Positions 49,993 through 59,589 of a stretch of DNA of 63,653 nt are shown here, piece by piece; within the stretch, counting starts at the first letter, position 1, and each line of letters starts with the position of its first letter. The stretch covers positions 1 to 63,653 of the forward strand of contig JAHITZ010000046.1 of NCBI GenBank assembly GCA_018817405.1, in the 5' to 3' direction. This stretch comes from Nanobdellota archaeon. GTDB lineage: Archaea; Nanobdellota; Nanobdellia; Pacearchaeales; GW2011-AR1. Position numbers and translations under genes: made by a program. The notes below the pieces were generated by a model. The model worked only from the letters and a program-made list of their open reading frames with translations, was not told the DNA's origin and searched no databases.

Positions 49993-50681
49993 ATCCAACC
50001 CCTCTTCCGTATCCCACCATTATAAATCTGAAACGTCATAGACTTCTCCGGCAAAGACCTGTGTTTCCTCAAAAATACTTCACGACAACCTTTATCATTC
50101 ACCACCTCAATTAAACACTTCCCCCAATATTTCAAAATATCTCCCCCAACCATCCTGTCCTCATCCTCCCACCTGTAAATTTGATTAGTAACCAAAACCG
50201 GAATCTCTTTCTTCCTCGCAATTTCTGCAAGTGTTTTCATCTGCCTTGCGAGTTCAGAATTAATCGTCTGAACAGCCTCCTCGTTCTTTTCCCGCGCATC
50301 TGCAAAATCCAACCGATAAAGAATCGTCATCCCATCCACAACAATCAAATCAATTTGATCTTTCAATCTCTTGTTCAATTCAACAAAAGCCTTCTTCTGT
50401 TCATCAAAACTAGTTGGCTTCAAAAGAAAAATATTCTTCAAAACTTCTTTATGATCTTCCTTATCTCCAACAAGCTGCTTCACCCTCTCGATACTAAAAC
50501 CCCCCTCAGTATCAATAAAAATTATCTTCTTTCCTTTCTTCGCTTGCGACACAGCAGCAAGTAAACAAAAGTTAGTCTTCCCGGTTCCAGGCCCCCCATA
50601 CAAAACCGTAACTATATCACTATCATAACCTCCGTGCAACCATTTATTCAAATCATAAGACCCTGCTGATACTTTAACCAT
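49989..50681 (-). CDS. radB: DNA repair protein RadB
   Basis: YGGPGTGKT, IDTEGGFS, TNQ, KHR motif. Confidence 0.92.
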   Translation of the reverse strand: MVKVSAGSYDLNKWLHGGYDSDIVTVLYGGPGTGKTNFCLLAAVSQAKKGKKIIFIDTEGGFSIERVKQLVGDKEDHKEVLKNIFLLKPTSFDEQKKAFVELNKRLKDQIDLIVVDGMTILYRLDFADAREKNEEAVQTINSELARQMKTLAEIARKKEIPVLVTNQIYRWEDEDRMVGGDILKYWGKCLIEVVNDKGCREVFLRKHRSLPEKSMTFQIYNGGIRKRGWI

Positions 50682-50735
50682 CTAAATTTACAAATAAACA
50701 AATATATAAAAATAATGATAAAACAAAAACAACAA

Positions 50736-50954
50736 TTATTTCTTTTTAACAGTCTTCTTTGCCACAGGTTTTACAGCCATTTCCTCATTCCTTGCGCAAG
50801 GCTTACACTCAACACCAGTCCACGCAGTAATCAAAACCAATACTGCTGCAATGCCGACAACCCACGTACTCGCCGCAGATCCAGCCCAAGGCCAGACCCC
50901 GAACCCAAATGTAGCAAGGGCAAACACTGTCAAGGTCCAATTAATACAAGTCAT
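50736..50954 (-). CDS. small 2-TM membrane protein
   Basis: GAGGTG RBS, two TM helices, CKPC, basic tail. Confidence 0.65.
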   Translation of the reverse strand: MTCINWTLTVFALATFGFGVWPWAGSAASTWVVGIAAVLVLITAWTGVECKPCARNEEMAVKPVAKKTVKKK

Positions 50955-51018
50955 TTTCACCTCCATAAAAACAAATCAACACTTATTTTTAAGGGTTTCT
51001 AATTTTATAAATCCTTTT

Positions 51019-51279
51019 TTATTTCTTTACACCCTTAACAATCTTATCCAGGTCCTTCTTTACATCAACAACAGCATCACTAACTTCCTTCTTCACAGTC
51101 TTGCCACTGCTTGTAATTTTCATGACAATTGGCTTTGAAGGATGTTCCCTTCGCCAAGCAGCAAACTCAATTCCTTGCTTGTTTAAATAAACCCTCAAAA
51201 TCTCTGCAACAGTAATATTGTCTAGCTTTGCATCAAGATTATTCTTTTCCTGCTTTAAAATTTCAAGTTCCATATTCAC
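51019..51279 (-). CDS. rpoL: RNA polymerase subunit L (Rpo11)
   Basis: TVAEILR...FAAWRREHP motif, size. Confidence 0.85.
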   Translation of the reverse strand: MNMELEILKQEKNNLDAKLDNITVAEILRVYLNKQGIEFAAWRREHPSKPIVMKITSSGKTVKKEVSDAVVDVKKDLDKIVKGVKK

Positions 51280-51320
51280 TATTCTGAAAGGTCGTTTTTA
51301 AATCTTTGGAAAAAGAGAAA

Positions 51321-51394
51321 AGCGCAGACTGGGATTCGAACCCAGGAAATACTCGGGCTGCAACCGAGCGCGTTAACCACTTCGCCATCTGCGC
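51321..51394 (-). tRNA. tRNA-Cys(GCA)
   Basis: cloverleaf; anticodon arm CTCGG-TTGCAGC-CCGAG; U73. Confidence 0.95.
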
Positions 51395-51416
51395 ATTTTT
51401 CTTTCCACCACCCTCC

Positions 51417-51492
51417 CCATCTCGTTCCTCTCTTGCTGTGCGGTTCCTCGCCTAATGGCTGCGGACCTGCTCGCTGCGGAGTAACGAGATGG
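51417..51492. repeat. long hairpin abutting the tRNA-Arg 3' end
   Basis: CCATCTCGTTcCTC/GAGtAACGAGATGG with inner GCGGTTCC/GGACCTGC. Confidence 0.65.
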
Positions 51493-51600
51493 CCCTGACA
51501 GGACTTGAACCTGCGACCTACTGCTCTCTTCCACCTCTAAAATAGACGTGGTTTCCCTCGTTAGAAGGCAGTCGCTCTATCCAGGCTGAGCTACAGGGCC
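51490..51600 (-). tRNA. tRNA-Arg(TCT) with a 36-nt intron at 37/38 (51526-51561)
   Basis: GGCCCTG acceptor stem, ACTGC-CTTCTA^A-GCAGT anticodon arm, GGTTCAAGTCC T-arm. Confidence 0.92.
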
Positions 51601-51654
51601 GTACTCAATAAAAAAACCTTTTCGAGATTATATAAATATTCCCCTCAACCAAAA

Positions 51655-53066
51655 TCAAGGAACATAAACAACTTTCAACTCCGAGGGATTGCCACTTTCA
51701 GATGTTCTCACAGTAAGCCAGCTCCTACCATCCGGAACATTATTCGCAACATCATGCCCCTCCCTCAATCCGAGCAAAGTCCAACCATCTTCTTGTATCC
51801 ACAAAGGCTGAGTTAAATCAATTTCATAATCTGTATTCGACAACAAATCACTAATATCAATCCTATCACTTCCTTCAATCGGATAATCCACCGAACCACA
51901 ATTATCATAATCTTCAGCTATCAAAGAGTCTGGACTAATCTGACTAGTTTGAACCAAGACTATAAAATCATTCCCATCATCATCTTCATTAATAATCAAA
52001 GGCCCTGTCGTAAACCTCAAGCTTGCATCTAAAATTTCAACATCATCTTCTAAACGAGAAGTATCAAACGGTAAGAAAGTCCTATAAATCGAATATTGTG
52101 TTGGAGAATAAGAACCGCTAATGTAGGAAACAGTTCCCCCATACAAAGCAGTTCCGCTACTTGCATAATGAGCAACATTCCAGTCTGCTGCTGTAACACT
52201 AACACTCCCGTCACCTCCCGAAGAAAAGAAAGTCGCAGTACACGTTCCGTCTCCATTATCTACATCACCTTCTGCACAACCAGCAGAAATAATCTGTTTC
52301 ATAAAATCTAAAACCGCATCAAGAAAAGCCCCTGGAGTTCCCTTTTCAGAATTGTCTTGCAAACTTTCACAATCACTATCAGCCGGATAATCTATTTCTC
52401 CATCTCCGTCGTTATCAAACAAATCCTGACACTTTGCCTTTGGGATCACTTCATTTGTATCTTCCAATGAACCACAAGAAAAATCTTCTGGATAATCCTC
52501 AGCCCCGTCATTATCATCGTCAAAACCATTAGAACACTCTGTCCTGCCCGGATCAAACGGCGCCTCTGAATCAGCTCCAGGAGAATCACAGCTTGGGTCG
52601 TCTGGATAATCTGTATAAAAATCATTATCATTATCAATCCCATCTTGACATTCAGTTGGAAGGATATACCCCGAATATCTCAAACAAACAAAACCAACTT
52701 CTTGATCATCCCCGTACAATCCTTCTCCCCATTCACAATCACTGTTCATTCTCTGCGTCCCACAAAAATCATAACTCACATCACCACATTCAGGACTTGA
52801 AAAATGGAAACCTTTATCATGCCAATTTTTATGCCCGTCATCTTTAACATCCGCAACCCTCACCCTTCCAATACTATCTATTCCGGGCCTTAAATCAAAA
52901 TCATCACAAATCTGCGTCAGTTCAATCGCATAAGGCAACCAACCACTATTACTTTGACAATAATCAACAGCGTCATCAAAATTCAAATGATTATTATAAC
53001 TACTGCAATAACAAGTAAGACAATCAAAACAGCTGCAATTGGTTTACTAAACCCTTTTTTGTTCAT
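51655..53066 (-). pseudogene. surface protein with class III signal peptide, Ca-binding CxDGxDNDxD repeats and C-terminal beta domain; frameshift near 52985
   Basis: ATG 53066 MNKKG|FSKPIAAVLIV...III* is out of frame with ORF 51655-52986; three D-rich Cys repeats. Confidence 0.75.
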
Positions 53067-53122
53067 ATAATAAAAACGTTTTTCTAGTTTAAATTTCTTT
53101 GTTAACATAAAAAATATCTCCA

Positions 53123-53230
53123 AGCTCTGTCCAGAGTTACGCGATTTCGCTAAAATTGGGGAGATAGTGTGTGCATAGTCGAGTCAGCGGGAAATCGAAA
53201 TCGCTATGTTTTCTGCAACTCCGGACAAAT
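53123..53230. mobile_element. MITE family B, copy 2 (internally shortened)
   Basis: GAGTTACGCGATTTC...GAAATCGC...ACTCCGGACAAA shared with 1903-2033. Confidence 0.8.
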
Positions 53231-53293
53231 CTCCCTTTAAAAAAACTTATAAACTCCTATTTCCTGTGAGTTTTACGAAAAGGAGGTCATTCC

Positions 53294-53446
53294 ATGGCAA
53301 CAACCGGATATTGCGTTAAATGTAAGAAAAAGGTCGAGATTAAGGACCCTAAAGAATCCAAGACAAAGAAAGGGACAAAGATAGCTAAGGGCAAATGCCC
53401 TGACTGCAACACGACCGTATGTAGAATGGGCGGAATTCAAAAATAA
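53294..53446 (+). CDS. 50-aa zinc-ribbon protein (DUF5679-like)
   Basis: absent from the ORF track: YCVKCK...KGKCPDCNT; AGGAGG RBS; T-rich terminator. Confidence 0.85.
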   Translation: MATTGYCVKCKKKVEIKDPKESKTKKGTKIAKGKCPDCNTTVCRMGGIQK

Positions 53447-53533
53447 GCCCTTTTCTTTTTATTTTTTCGAATGAGTAGAATTTATATATCTTTCTTTCTA
53501 GTTTCTGAACTAAAAATATAATTTGGAAGTTAA

Positions 53534-53923
53534 TTACATAAACAAGACTCTCAAAATGTCTGCGGGAAATACATCTACAATCTCATCAGCTTCTATATAA
53601 TCAAATTCGTGCTGTGGCCTCTCTCCTCCCTTAGCAAAACTTAGGTGAATATTGAATCTCCCTACTTCCAACGCCTTTGGAGAACACTCTCCTCTTTCAG
53701 CACCAGTTATTGGAACAGACCCATCTTTCCGATTAAAATCTCTACCATACCACTCTGACTCATACAACGGACCACCCATATGCTCATCTGTGAATATAAC
53801 TACTCTTCCAAACCCACTCATATTTCCAAAACTCTGTCGACCCCAACGCGGCTCATCTAAACACCCAACTGGCCCTAACGGTTTGCTTTTGTAAATTCTT
53901 CTTCTACCCATAACCTTTTCCAA
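53534..53923 (-). CDS. hypothetical protein
   Basis: ORF with G-rich codons typical of the strand; start probably ATG 53911. Confidence 0.55.
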   Translation of the reverse strand: MEKVMGRRRIYKSKPLGPVGCLDEPRWGRQSFGNMSGFGRVVIFTDEHMGGPLYESEWYGRDFNRKDGSVPITGAERGECSPKALEVGRFNIHLSFAKGGERPQHEFDYIEADEIVDVFPADILRVLFM

Positions 53924-53993
53924 ATTTTTCCCTATAAAAACCTTTCCCCAACCTTAAAGAAACTATTTTATACCCTAATTCTCTCTTTCTAAC

Positions 53994-55592
53994 ATGCCCA
54001 AAAAAGAAAAACCCTTCTCAAAAAAAGAAACCCCTTCTCAAAAGAAAGAAATCCCCCACAAAGAAAACCACCCACCAATAAAAGACTCAGAAAAAGAATT
54101 CCTCGCATTCATTAAAGAAGCAGGCCTTGTTTGGGGCCCTTCCCCTGAAATCTACGGCGGCTTCGCCGGCTTCTATACCTATGGTCCTTTAGGCAAACTC
54201 CTAAAAAACAAAGTAGAAAACTCAATAAGACGCGTATTCAGTTCCCAAGGCATGCGGGAAATCGAAGGCCCAACAATCCTCCCTGACACAGTCTGGAAAG
54301 CCTCCGGCCACCTAGAAACATTCTCAGACAGAATAATCAAATGCTCCAAATGCAAAGCAGCCTTCCGTGCAGACAAACTAATCGAAGAAACCCGCGATGT
54401 CCCAGCAGACTCTTTCTCAGACAAAAAAATCCTAGAATTCATAGAAAAGAACAAAATAACCTGCCCCTCCTGCAAATGTGCCCTAGAAAAAAATATTGAG
54501 CAACAAAGCCTAATGATGAAAACTCAAGTTGCAGGCGAAGACGCTTCGTTAAGGCCAGAAACAGCCACAGGAACTTACCTCCCCTTTCCCCGCTTCTTAA
54601 CATACTTCCGTAAAAAACTACCCTTCGGAGTCTTCCAAATCGGCAAAGCCTACCGTAACGAAATCTCCCCACGCCAACACGTCCTCCGCGGAAGAGAATT
54701 CACCCAAGCAGAAGGCCAAATCTTCCTCGACCCAAAAACAAAAAACTCCTGGGAAAAATACGAAGCAATAAAAAAAGAGCTCCTGCCATTTTGGGATTAC
54801 AAAAGCCAAGAAAAGAACTCTGTGGTTAAACCAATCTCCCTAGAACAAGCTCTCAAAAAGAAATTTATAAACTCTCAAGCCTACGGTTGGTGCATCTACC
54901 TTGCTTACATTCAATTCGTAAACTTTGGAATCCCAAAAGAAAAAATAAAATTAAGACAACACCATCCAGATGAAAAAGCATTCTACGCAGAAGATGCCTG
55001 GGACATTGAAGTCCAATTAGACAACTACGGCTGGTTTGAAATGTGCGGAGTCCACGACCGAACCGACTACGACCTAAAACAACACTCCAAGTTCTCAGGA
55101 GAAAAACTAGAAGCACAACGCGAAAACGGAGAAAAATTCACACCCCATGTTTTAGAAATCGCCTTCGGCTCCGACCGCCCAACTTATGCCTTAATCGACC
55201 TATTCTATGAAAATAAAAACATCAAAGAAGGCAAAACAACATTCTCAATCCCATACCACATGGCACCAATAGATGTTTCTGTCTTCCCCTTGATGAAAAA
55301 ACCAGAACTAGTAAAATTCGCAACAGACATCAAGGAAGAACTCGAACGAGATTTCGTAGTCGACTACGACCAAACCGGCTCAATAGGAAGACGTTATCTC
55401 CGCTCCGCTACAGCAGGAACACCATTCGCAGTCACAGTTGACTATGAATCCTTAGAAAACAACGATGTCACAGTCCGCGACCGCGACACAGAAAAACAAA
55501 TCCGCGTCCCAATCGACAAATTAAGAGAGACCCTACACAACATCTTCAACGACCGCCTAAAGTTCGAAGACGCCGGCACGCCGGTGAAATAA
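53994..55592 (+). CDS. glyS: glycine--tRNA ligase (alpha2 type)
   Basis: ASGHL, LRPETA, YRNEISPRQ, REFTQAE, GSIGRRY. Confidence 0.96.
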   Translation: MPKKEKPFSKKETPSQKKEIPHKENHPPIKDSEKEFLAFIKEAGLVWGPSPEIYGGFAGFYTYGPLGKLLKNKVENSIRRVFSSQGMREIEGPTILPDTVWKASGHLETFSDRIIKCSKCKAAFRADKLIEETRDVPADSFSDKKILEFIEKNKITCPSCKCALEKNIEQQSLMMKTQVAGEDASLRPETATGTYLPFPRFLTYFRKKLPFGVFQIGKAYRNEISPRQHVLRGREFTQAEGQIFLDPKTKNSWEKYEAIKKELLPFWDYKSQEKNSVVKPISLEQALKKKFINSQAYGWCIYLAYIQFVNFGIPKEKIKLRQHHPDEKAFYAEDAWDIEVQLDNYGWFEMCGVHDRTDYDLKQHSKFSGEKLEAQRENGEKFTPHVLEIAFGSDRPTYALIDLFYENKNIKEGKTTFSIPYHMAPIDVSVFPLMKKPELVKFATDIKEELERDFVVDYDQTGSIGRRYLRSATAGTPFAVTVDYESLENNDVTVRDRDTEKQIRVPIDKLRETLHNIFNDRLKFEDAGTPVK

Positions 55593-55645
55593 GATATATT
55601 TCCCAAAACAAGTTTCTTTATATATCCCAAAAAAGACAAACCCTC

Positions 55646-56027
55646 ATGACACAGGGTGCATACAACGCAATAAAAAGTCAGATCCTCAGGAGATTCAACA
55701 GTTCGAATGCTCGGAACAGCTGAATATGCTGCAGAGAGGGGTGTAGATGTCGCAAGAAAAATCTTGGAAAATGTTAGACAATCAATAAATACTAGAAAAG
55801 CGCAGATAGTTATAGAAGCCGGATTGGGATATAGACCAAATGAAGAAGAACTAAGAAGAGACTTCCCAACCATGATCAAAAACAAGCATTTGGACATCAT
55901 GGAGGAAGAAGGCCGATCAGCATACCGCTCTCCCAAATTAGGGATCTGGATAAGGGGTGAACCGGAAAGACGCGGCGATGATCTCTATTGCCATATTACT
56001 AAAGAAAAATTAGAGTTCACTCGGTAA
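55646..56027 (+). pseudogene. hypothetical accessory gene, probably frameshifted between ATG 55646 and ORF 55707-56027
   Basis: TTTATATA box is positioned for ATG 55646, which is out of frame with the main ORF. Confidence 0.45.
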
Positions 56028-56066
56028 TGTTTTAAACCAATTCCTCCTTCTTAATTATGAATCAAA

Positions 56067-57068
56067 ATGAGAAAACGAATAGGCATCCCGCTAATAATCA
56101 TAATCCTGGCCTTACTATTCTACACCCTAAAAGACATAAATTTCCTCGAAGTTTATTCCCTACTAAAACAAATAAACCCCTTATACCTCATACTAGCAAT
56201 TCTCTCTTATCTCTGTTATTTCTTAATCTGGAATGCAAGATGGCAACACACTATGAAGGGCTTCGTAAACGCAAGATATTTTTCCTTGCTCAGGATCCTA
56301 TTCGCAGGCGTCTTTGTCAACACCATCACCCCAGGCACAGGAATCGGCGGCGAACCAGTCCGCGCTTACTACTTAAAGAAAAAATACAAGCACCCAAAAA
56401 CAAAATTCCTCGGTTACATCCTCGCAGACAAAACATTTAACGTAATCGCCTTCGCAATATTCATAGTCTTCTCCCTAATCTTCCTTTCTTTCTTCCTAAA
56501 AATTCCCTCAATAGCAAAAACTATCTCATTTACAATCCTCGCAGCCCTAGTTATCTTCACCATAATCCTCCTACTAGTCTGGAAAAACTCTCGCTACGAA
56601 ATGCGCTGGCTCGCTGAAAAATTCTACAAAATTAAATCGATAAGAAAACGTTTCAACAACCTCCCGCATTTAGAAAAATACCTCACAAGAAAGACACACA
56701 ACTTCACAATAGTCTTCAAAGAAGTAGTGACAGACAAACACAAGATATACTTTGGAATTATCCTTTCAATAATCTTAAGATTATTTGAATATCTTGCAGT
56801 CTATCTTATCTTCCTCTCACTGGGTGTAAACATGAACTTCATTTCAATAATAGTTGTTGTCACCCTCAGCCACCTATTAGGCGATCTCTCCCCCACCCCC
56901 GGCGGCATCGGCGTCGTCGAAGGCTCAATGATCTTACTATACTCTGCAATCGGCATCCCTCCTGCTCTTGCAGCAGTGGTAGCTTTATTAACCAGAGTCA
57001 TCTATTATTTCTATACCCTCTTGCTCGGAGGCCTGAGCTTACTATGGCTAAAGTTAGCATCAAAATAG
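56067..57068 (+). CDS. UPF0104/lysylphosphatidylglycerol synthase TM-region (flippase-like) protein
   Basis: RW, NTITPG..GGEP, TPGGIGVVEG; many TM helices. Confidence 0.88.
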   Translation: MRKRIGIPLIIIILALLFYTLKDINFLEVYSLLKQINPLYLILAILSYLCYFLIWNARWQHTMKGFVNARYFSLLRILFAGVFVNTITPGTGIGGEPVRAYYLKKKYKHPKTKFLGYILADKTFNVIAFAIFIVFSLIFLSFFLKIPSIAKTISFTILAALVIFTIILLLVWKNSRYEMRWLAEKFYKIKSIRKRFNNLPHLEKYLTRKTHNFTIVFKEVVTDKHKIYFGIILSIILRLFEYLAVYLIFLSLGVNMNFISIIVVVTLSHLLGDLSPTPGGIGVVEGSMILLYSAIGIPPALAAVVALLTRVIYYFYTLLLGGLSLLWLKLASK

Positions 57069-57073
57069 CAAAC

Positions 57074-58078
57074 TTAGCTTGCCAGTAAAGCCTCAATTCT
57101 AGCTTCTCTTAAATTCCCTCTTGCCCTCTCTGGATAGTCCGTATGAAACATTTCAAGACAACCACTCACATAACCATCGTGGCTTATCCTTACAGCTCTT
57201 GAAAATGTCTCTGGAACAGGAATGTAATTAACAAAAACCTTAGAGCTACCTTCCTGCGTATATTCATTAAAGACAACCCCATACTCATCCATCCTAAGAT
57301 TTCTCACATCTATAACGCCCCTCTCAACTAACTTATCCATTAACCCCTTCTGAGCGTCATAATCCGATTTCAAAATAACTTCAGTCCTTCCCAACCGCGA
57401 GAAATCAATCCCTTCTCCACTAACAATCCCACTATAAAATTCAACCACTCCCTCCTCCGCCAATCCAAGCTCATCCCGAGACCCTGGCGTTGCAACATAG
57501 GGCGAAACAAGAAACTTGGAAAAACCTAAAGAACCCATCTCTTCAACCAGGTCCGCAAGCGCCCCTTGGTTATGTCTCATCAATGTAAAACTCACAAAAA
57601 CTCTTTCTACTAAACTTGAAGGCAACCCTCTAAGATTCTCTACAGTTCTCTCATAATTCCCCTCCCCCCTAATATAATCATGCTCTCTTTGAGTTCCATC
57701 TAAACTAACATCCAAATAACCAGGATCTATCGCAGCAATCTCTTCCAAAACCCTTCCATGCAAAAGAGTTCCATTCGTCACTAACCCAAACCTTAATCTT
57801 GGATTTTCATCTCTCCTACTAGCTAAATGTCTCAAAAGAGCTACTGTCTTATCCGGAGAAAGCAATGGCTCCTTTCCAACATTCCCAAAAGTCAAAGCAC
57901 TCATCTCGATAAGCTTATCAAACGTTTCAGTCCATTCCCTAATAGGCAATCCCCCGTCAGTCTGCTCATACCCAACATAACAGTGCCTGCATGCCAAATT
58001 ACATACATTATTAATAAAATAAGAAACCTCTAATGGCCTATTAACTAAATCAACCTGTCCAGAAAGTCCTAACGCCAT
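57074..58078 (-). CDS. radical SAM enzyme with reduced SPASM/twitch-like tail and MALGLSG N-terminus
   Basis: CNLACRHC, GKEPLL, VTNGTLL, VSLDG, HDYIRG, DGYVSGC...GNL. Confidence 0.92.
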   Translation of the reverse strand: MALGLSGQVDLVNRPLEVSYFINNVCNLACRHCYVGYEQTDGGLPIREWTETFDKLIEMSALTFGNVGKEPLLSPDKTVALLRHLASRRDENPRLRFGLVTNGTLLHGRVLEEIAAIDPGYLDVSLDGTQREHDYIRGEGNYERTVENLRGLPSSLVERVFVSFTLMRHNQGALADLVEEMGSLGFSKFLVSPYVATPGSRDELGLAEEGVVEFYSGIVSGEGIDFSRLGRTEVILKSDYDAQKGLMDKLVERGVIDVRNLRMDEYGVVFNEYTQEGSSKVFVNYIPVPETFSRAVRISHDGYVSGCLEMFHTDYPERARGNLREARIEALLAS

Positions 58079-58079
58079 G

Positions 58080-58292
58080 CTAGTCGCCTCTTTGCTCAGA
58101 AACTATCTTTTCTCTCAAATCTCTCAGCCCGCTCAGTGCAGTTTCATAAAGCACTCTTGCAGTTTCCTGATCTCTTGGGATTCCATCCAATAAATGCTCA
58201 TATTTTCGAATACCTGCGTCTACATCTGCAACTACAACTCTCCTGTAAACCTCTCCAATTCCACCATTCGAACCAGAGACCCCAAGTGCCAT
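58080..58292 (-). CDS. 70-aa MALG peptide 2
   Basis: MALGVSGSNGGIGEVYR followed by a helical hairpin; paralog of 58293-58493. Confidence 0.85.
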   Translation of the reverse strand: MALGVSGSNGGIGEVYRRVVVADVDAGIRKYEHLLDGIPRDQETARVLYETALSGLRDLREKIVSEQRGD

Positions 58293-58493
58293 TTAATTAA
58301 CACCTCTACTCATTCTTTTCTGCAAATTCCTCAAAGAATCAATAACCCCTACATATCTCTCCTTAACCTTCACATCAGAACATTGACCCTGAAGTTCTTT
58401 ATATTCCCTAATTCTCTCTTCTACCTCCGTAATAGAGAATTCTCTATAAGCTTCTCCAATTCCACCATTCGATCCAAAAAATCCTAACGCCAT
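58293..58493 (-). CDS. 66-aa MALG peptide 1
   Basis: MALGFFGSNGGIGEAYR followed by a helical hairpin; first gene of the operon. Confidence 0.85.
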   Translation of the reverse strand: MALGFFGSNGGIGEAYREFSITEVEERIREYKELQGQCSDVKVKERYVGVIDSLRNLQKRMSRGVN

Positions 58494-58535
58494 ATCTTAC
58501 TGTAAGATTAAAAATATTTAGAAGTATTTACCATA

Positions 58536-58555
58536 TTTTACTAATAAAAGTAAAA
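58536..58555. promoter_or_regulatory. palindrome TTTTACT-N6-AGTAAAA, candidate operator
   Basis: lies between the divergent MALG operon and the Lrp gene; AT-rich, so chance is possible. Confidence 0.35.
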
Positions 58556-58616
58556 ATAAGCAACAATAAATACCTAAATTAGTAAGTTTTAAAAATATCA
58601 CTCCCCTTAAAAAAAT

Positions 58617-59567
58617 ATGGAAATCAAACTAGACAAGATAGACCAGAAACTATTAAGCTATCTCTTTCACAACTTCAGAGAACCAATAACAAAAATAGCC
58701 AAACAATGTCATATCTCAAGGGAGCAGGCAGAATACAGAATAAAAAAATATGAAAACTCTGGATTAATCAAGGGTTACTTTACACTTTTTAATTTACATT
58801 CCCTTGGTTACACTAAAAATTACATAATAAAATTAAGGGTGAAAAATCCCAACAGAGAAAAACTCTCACAAATCAATCCTCAAAAAAACGTGTTAACCCT
58901 AACAAGAGTTCAATGTTACGGCGAATGGGACTACGGTTTAACAGTCTTCACAAAAGAAAAAACAAACATTCTTGATTTTATCTCCCAACTTTACGATCTA
59001 TGAAAAAACGACCTCTTAGATTACGAAATCTTCGAGCCAATAGAATTACATTTCTTCCCGTTAAAAATCTTTGGAAGTAAAAAGGAAGATAAAACATTAA
59101 GCTTGGTTGAAACACCACAAGCCAGAATTGACAAACTAGACCAAAAGATACTAGAAGAACTCTCTAATAAAGCAAAAATGAAAATAGTAAAACTTGCAGA
59201 AAAAACCAAAGAAAAAGTAGAGACCGCAAACTATAGGCTAAAAAGATTAGAAAAAAACACTATCATAGGATACAGGATATTTCTCGATTTAGAAAAAATA
59301 GGATATCATCTTGCATTAGTCACCTTAAAGCTAAATAACCTTTCCCAACAAAACAAAAATAAGATCCTAGCGTATGGAAACCAAAAAGAAAGAATCCATG
59401 CTTGCGGCATTGGGATCGGAAAGTTCAACGTTCTTTTTCAAATAATCTACAAAACACCTTCAGAACTAAGTGAAGAAATAAACAAAATTAAAGAAAATTT
59501 CTCAGACAATCTTGTCGAGTATGAGTTAATACACATAGAAAACGAACTCGAACCTAAAACAATATAA
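58617..59567 (+). pseudogene. tandem-domain Lrp/AsnC regulator with in-frame TGA at 59001-59003
   Basis: frame stays open after the TGA (KNDLLDYEIFEP...) into ORF 59103-59567; two HTH domains. Confidence 0.85.
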
Positions 59568-59589
59568 ATCACATTTTATTCTTCTATAT

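Noticed and set aside
56004..56027. EKLEF at the end of ORF 55707-56027 as a GlyRS end stub (DRLKF)
   Set aside because: Weak similarity that does not include the GlyRS terminal codons
59001..59003. Genome-wide TGA or TAA recoding, or selenocysteine
   Set aside because: TGA and TAA terminate many intact genes here (for example ligase TGA, ValRS TAA); the two in-frame stops are different codons and no SECIS is evident
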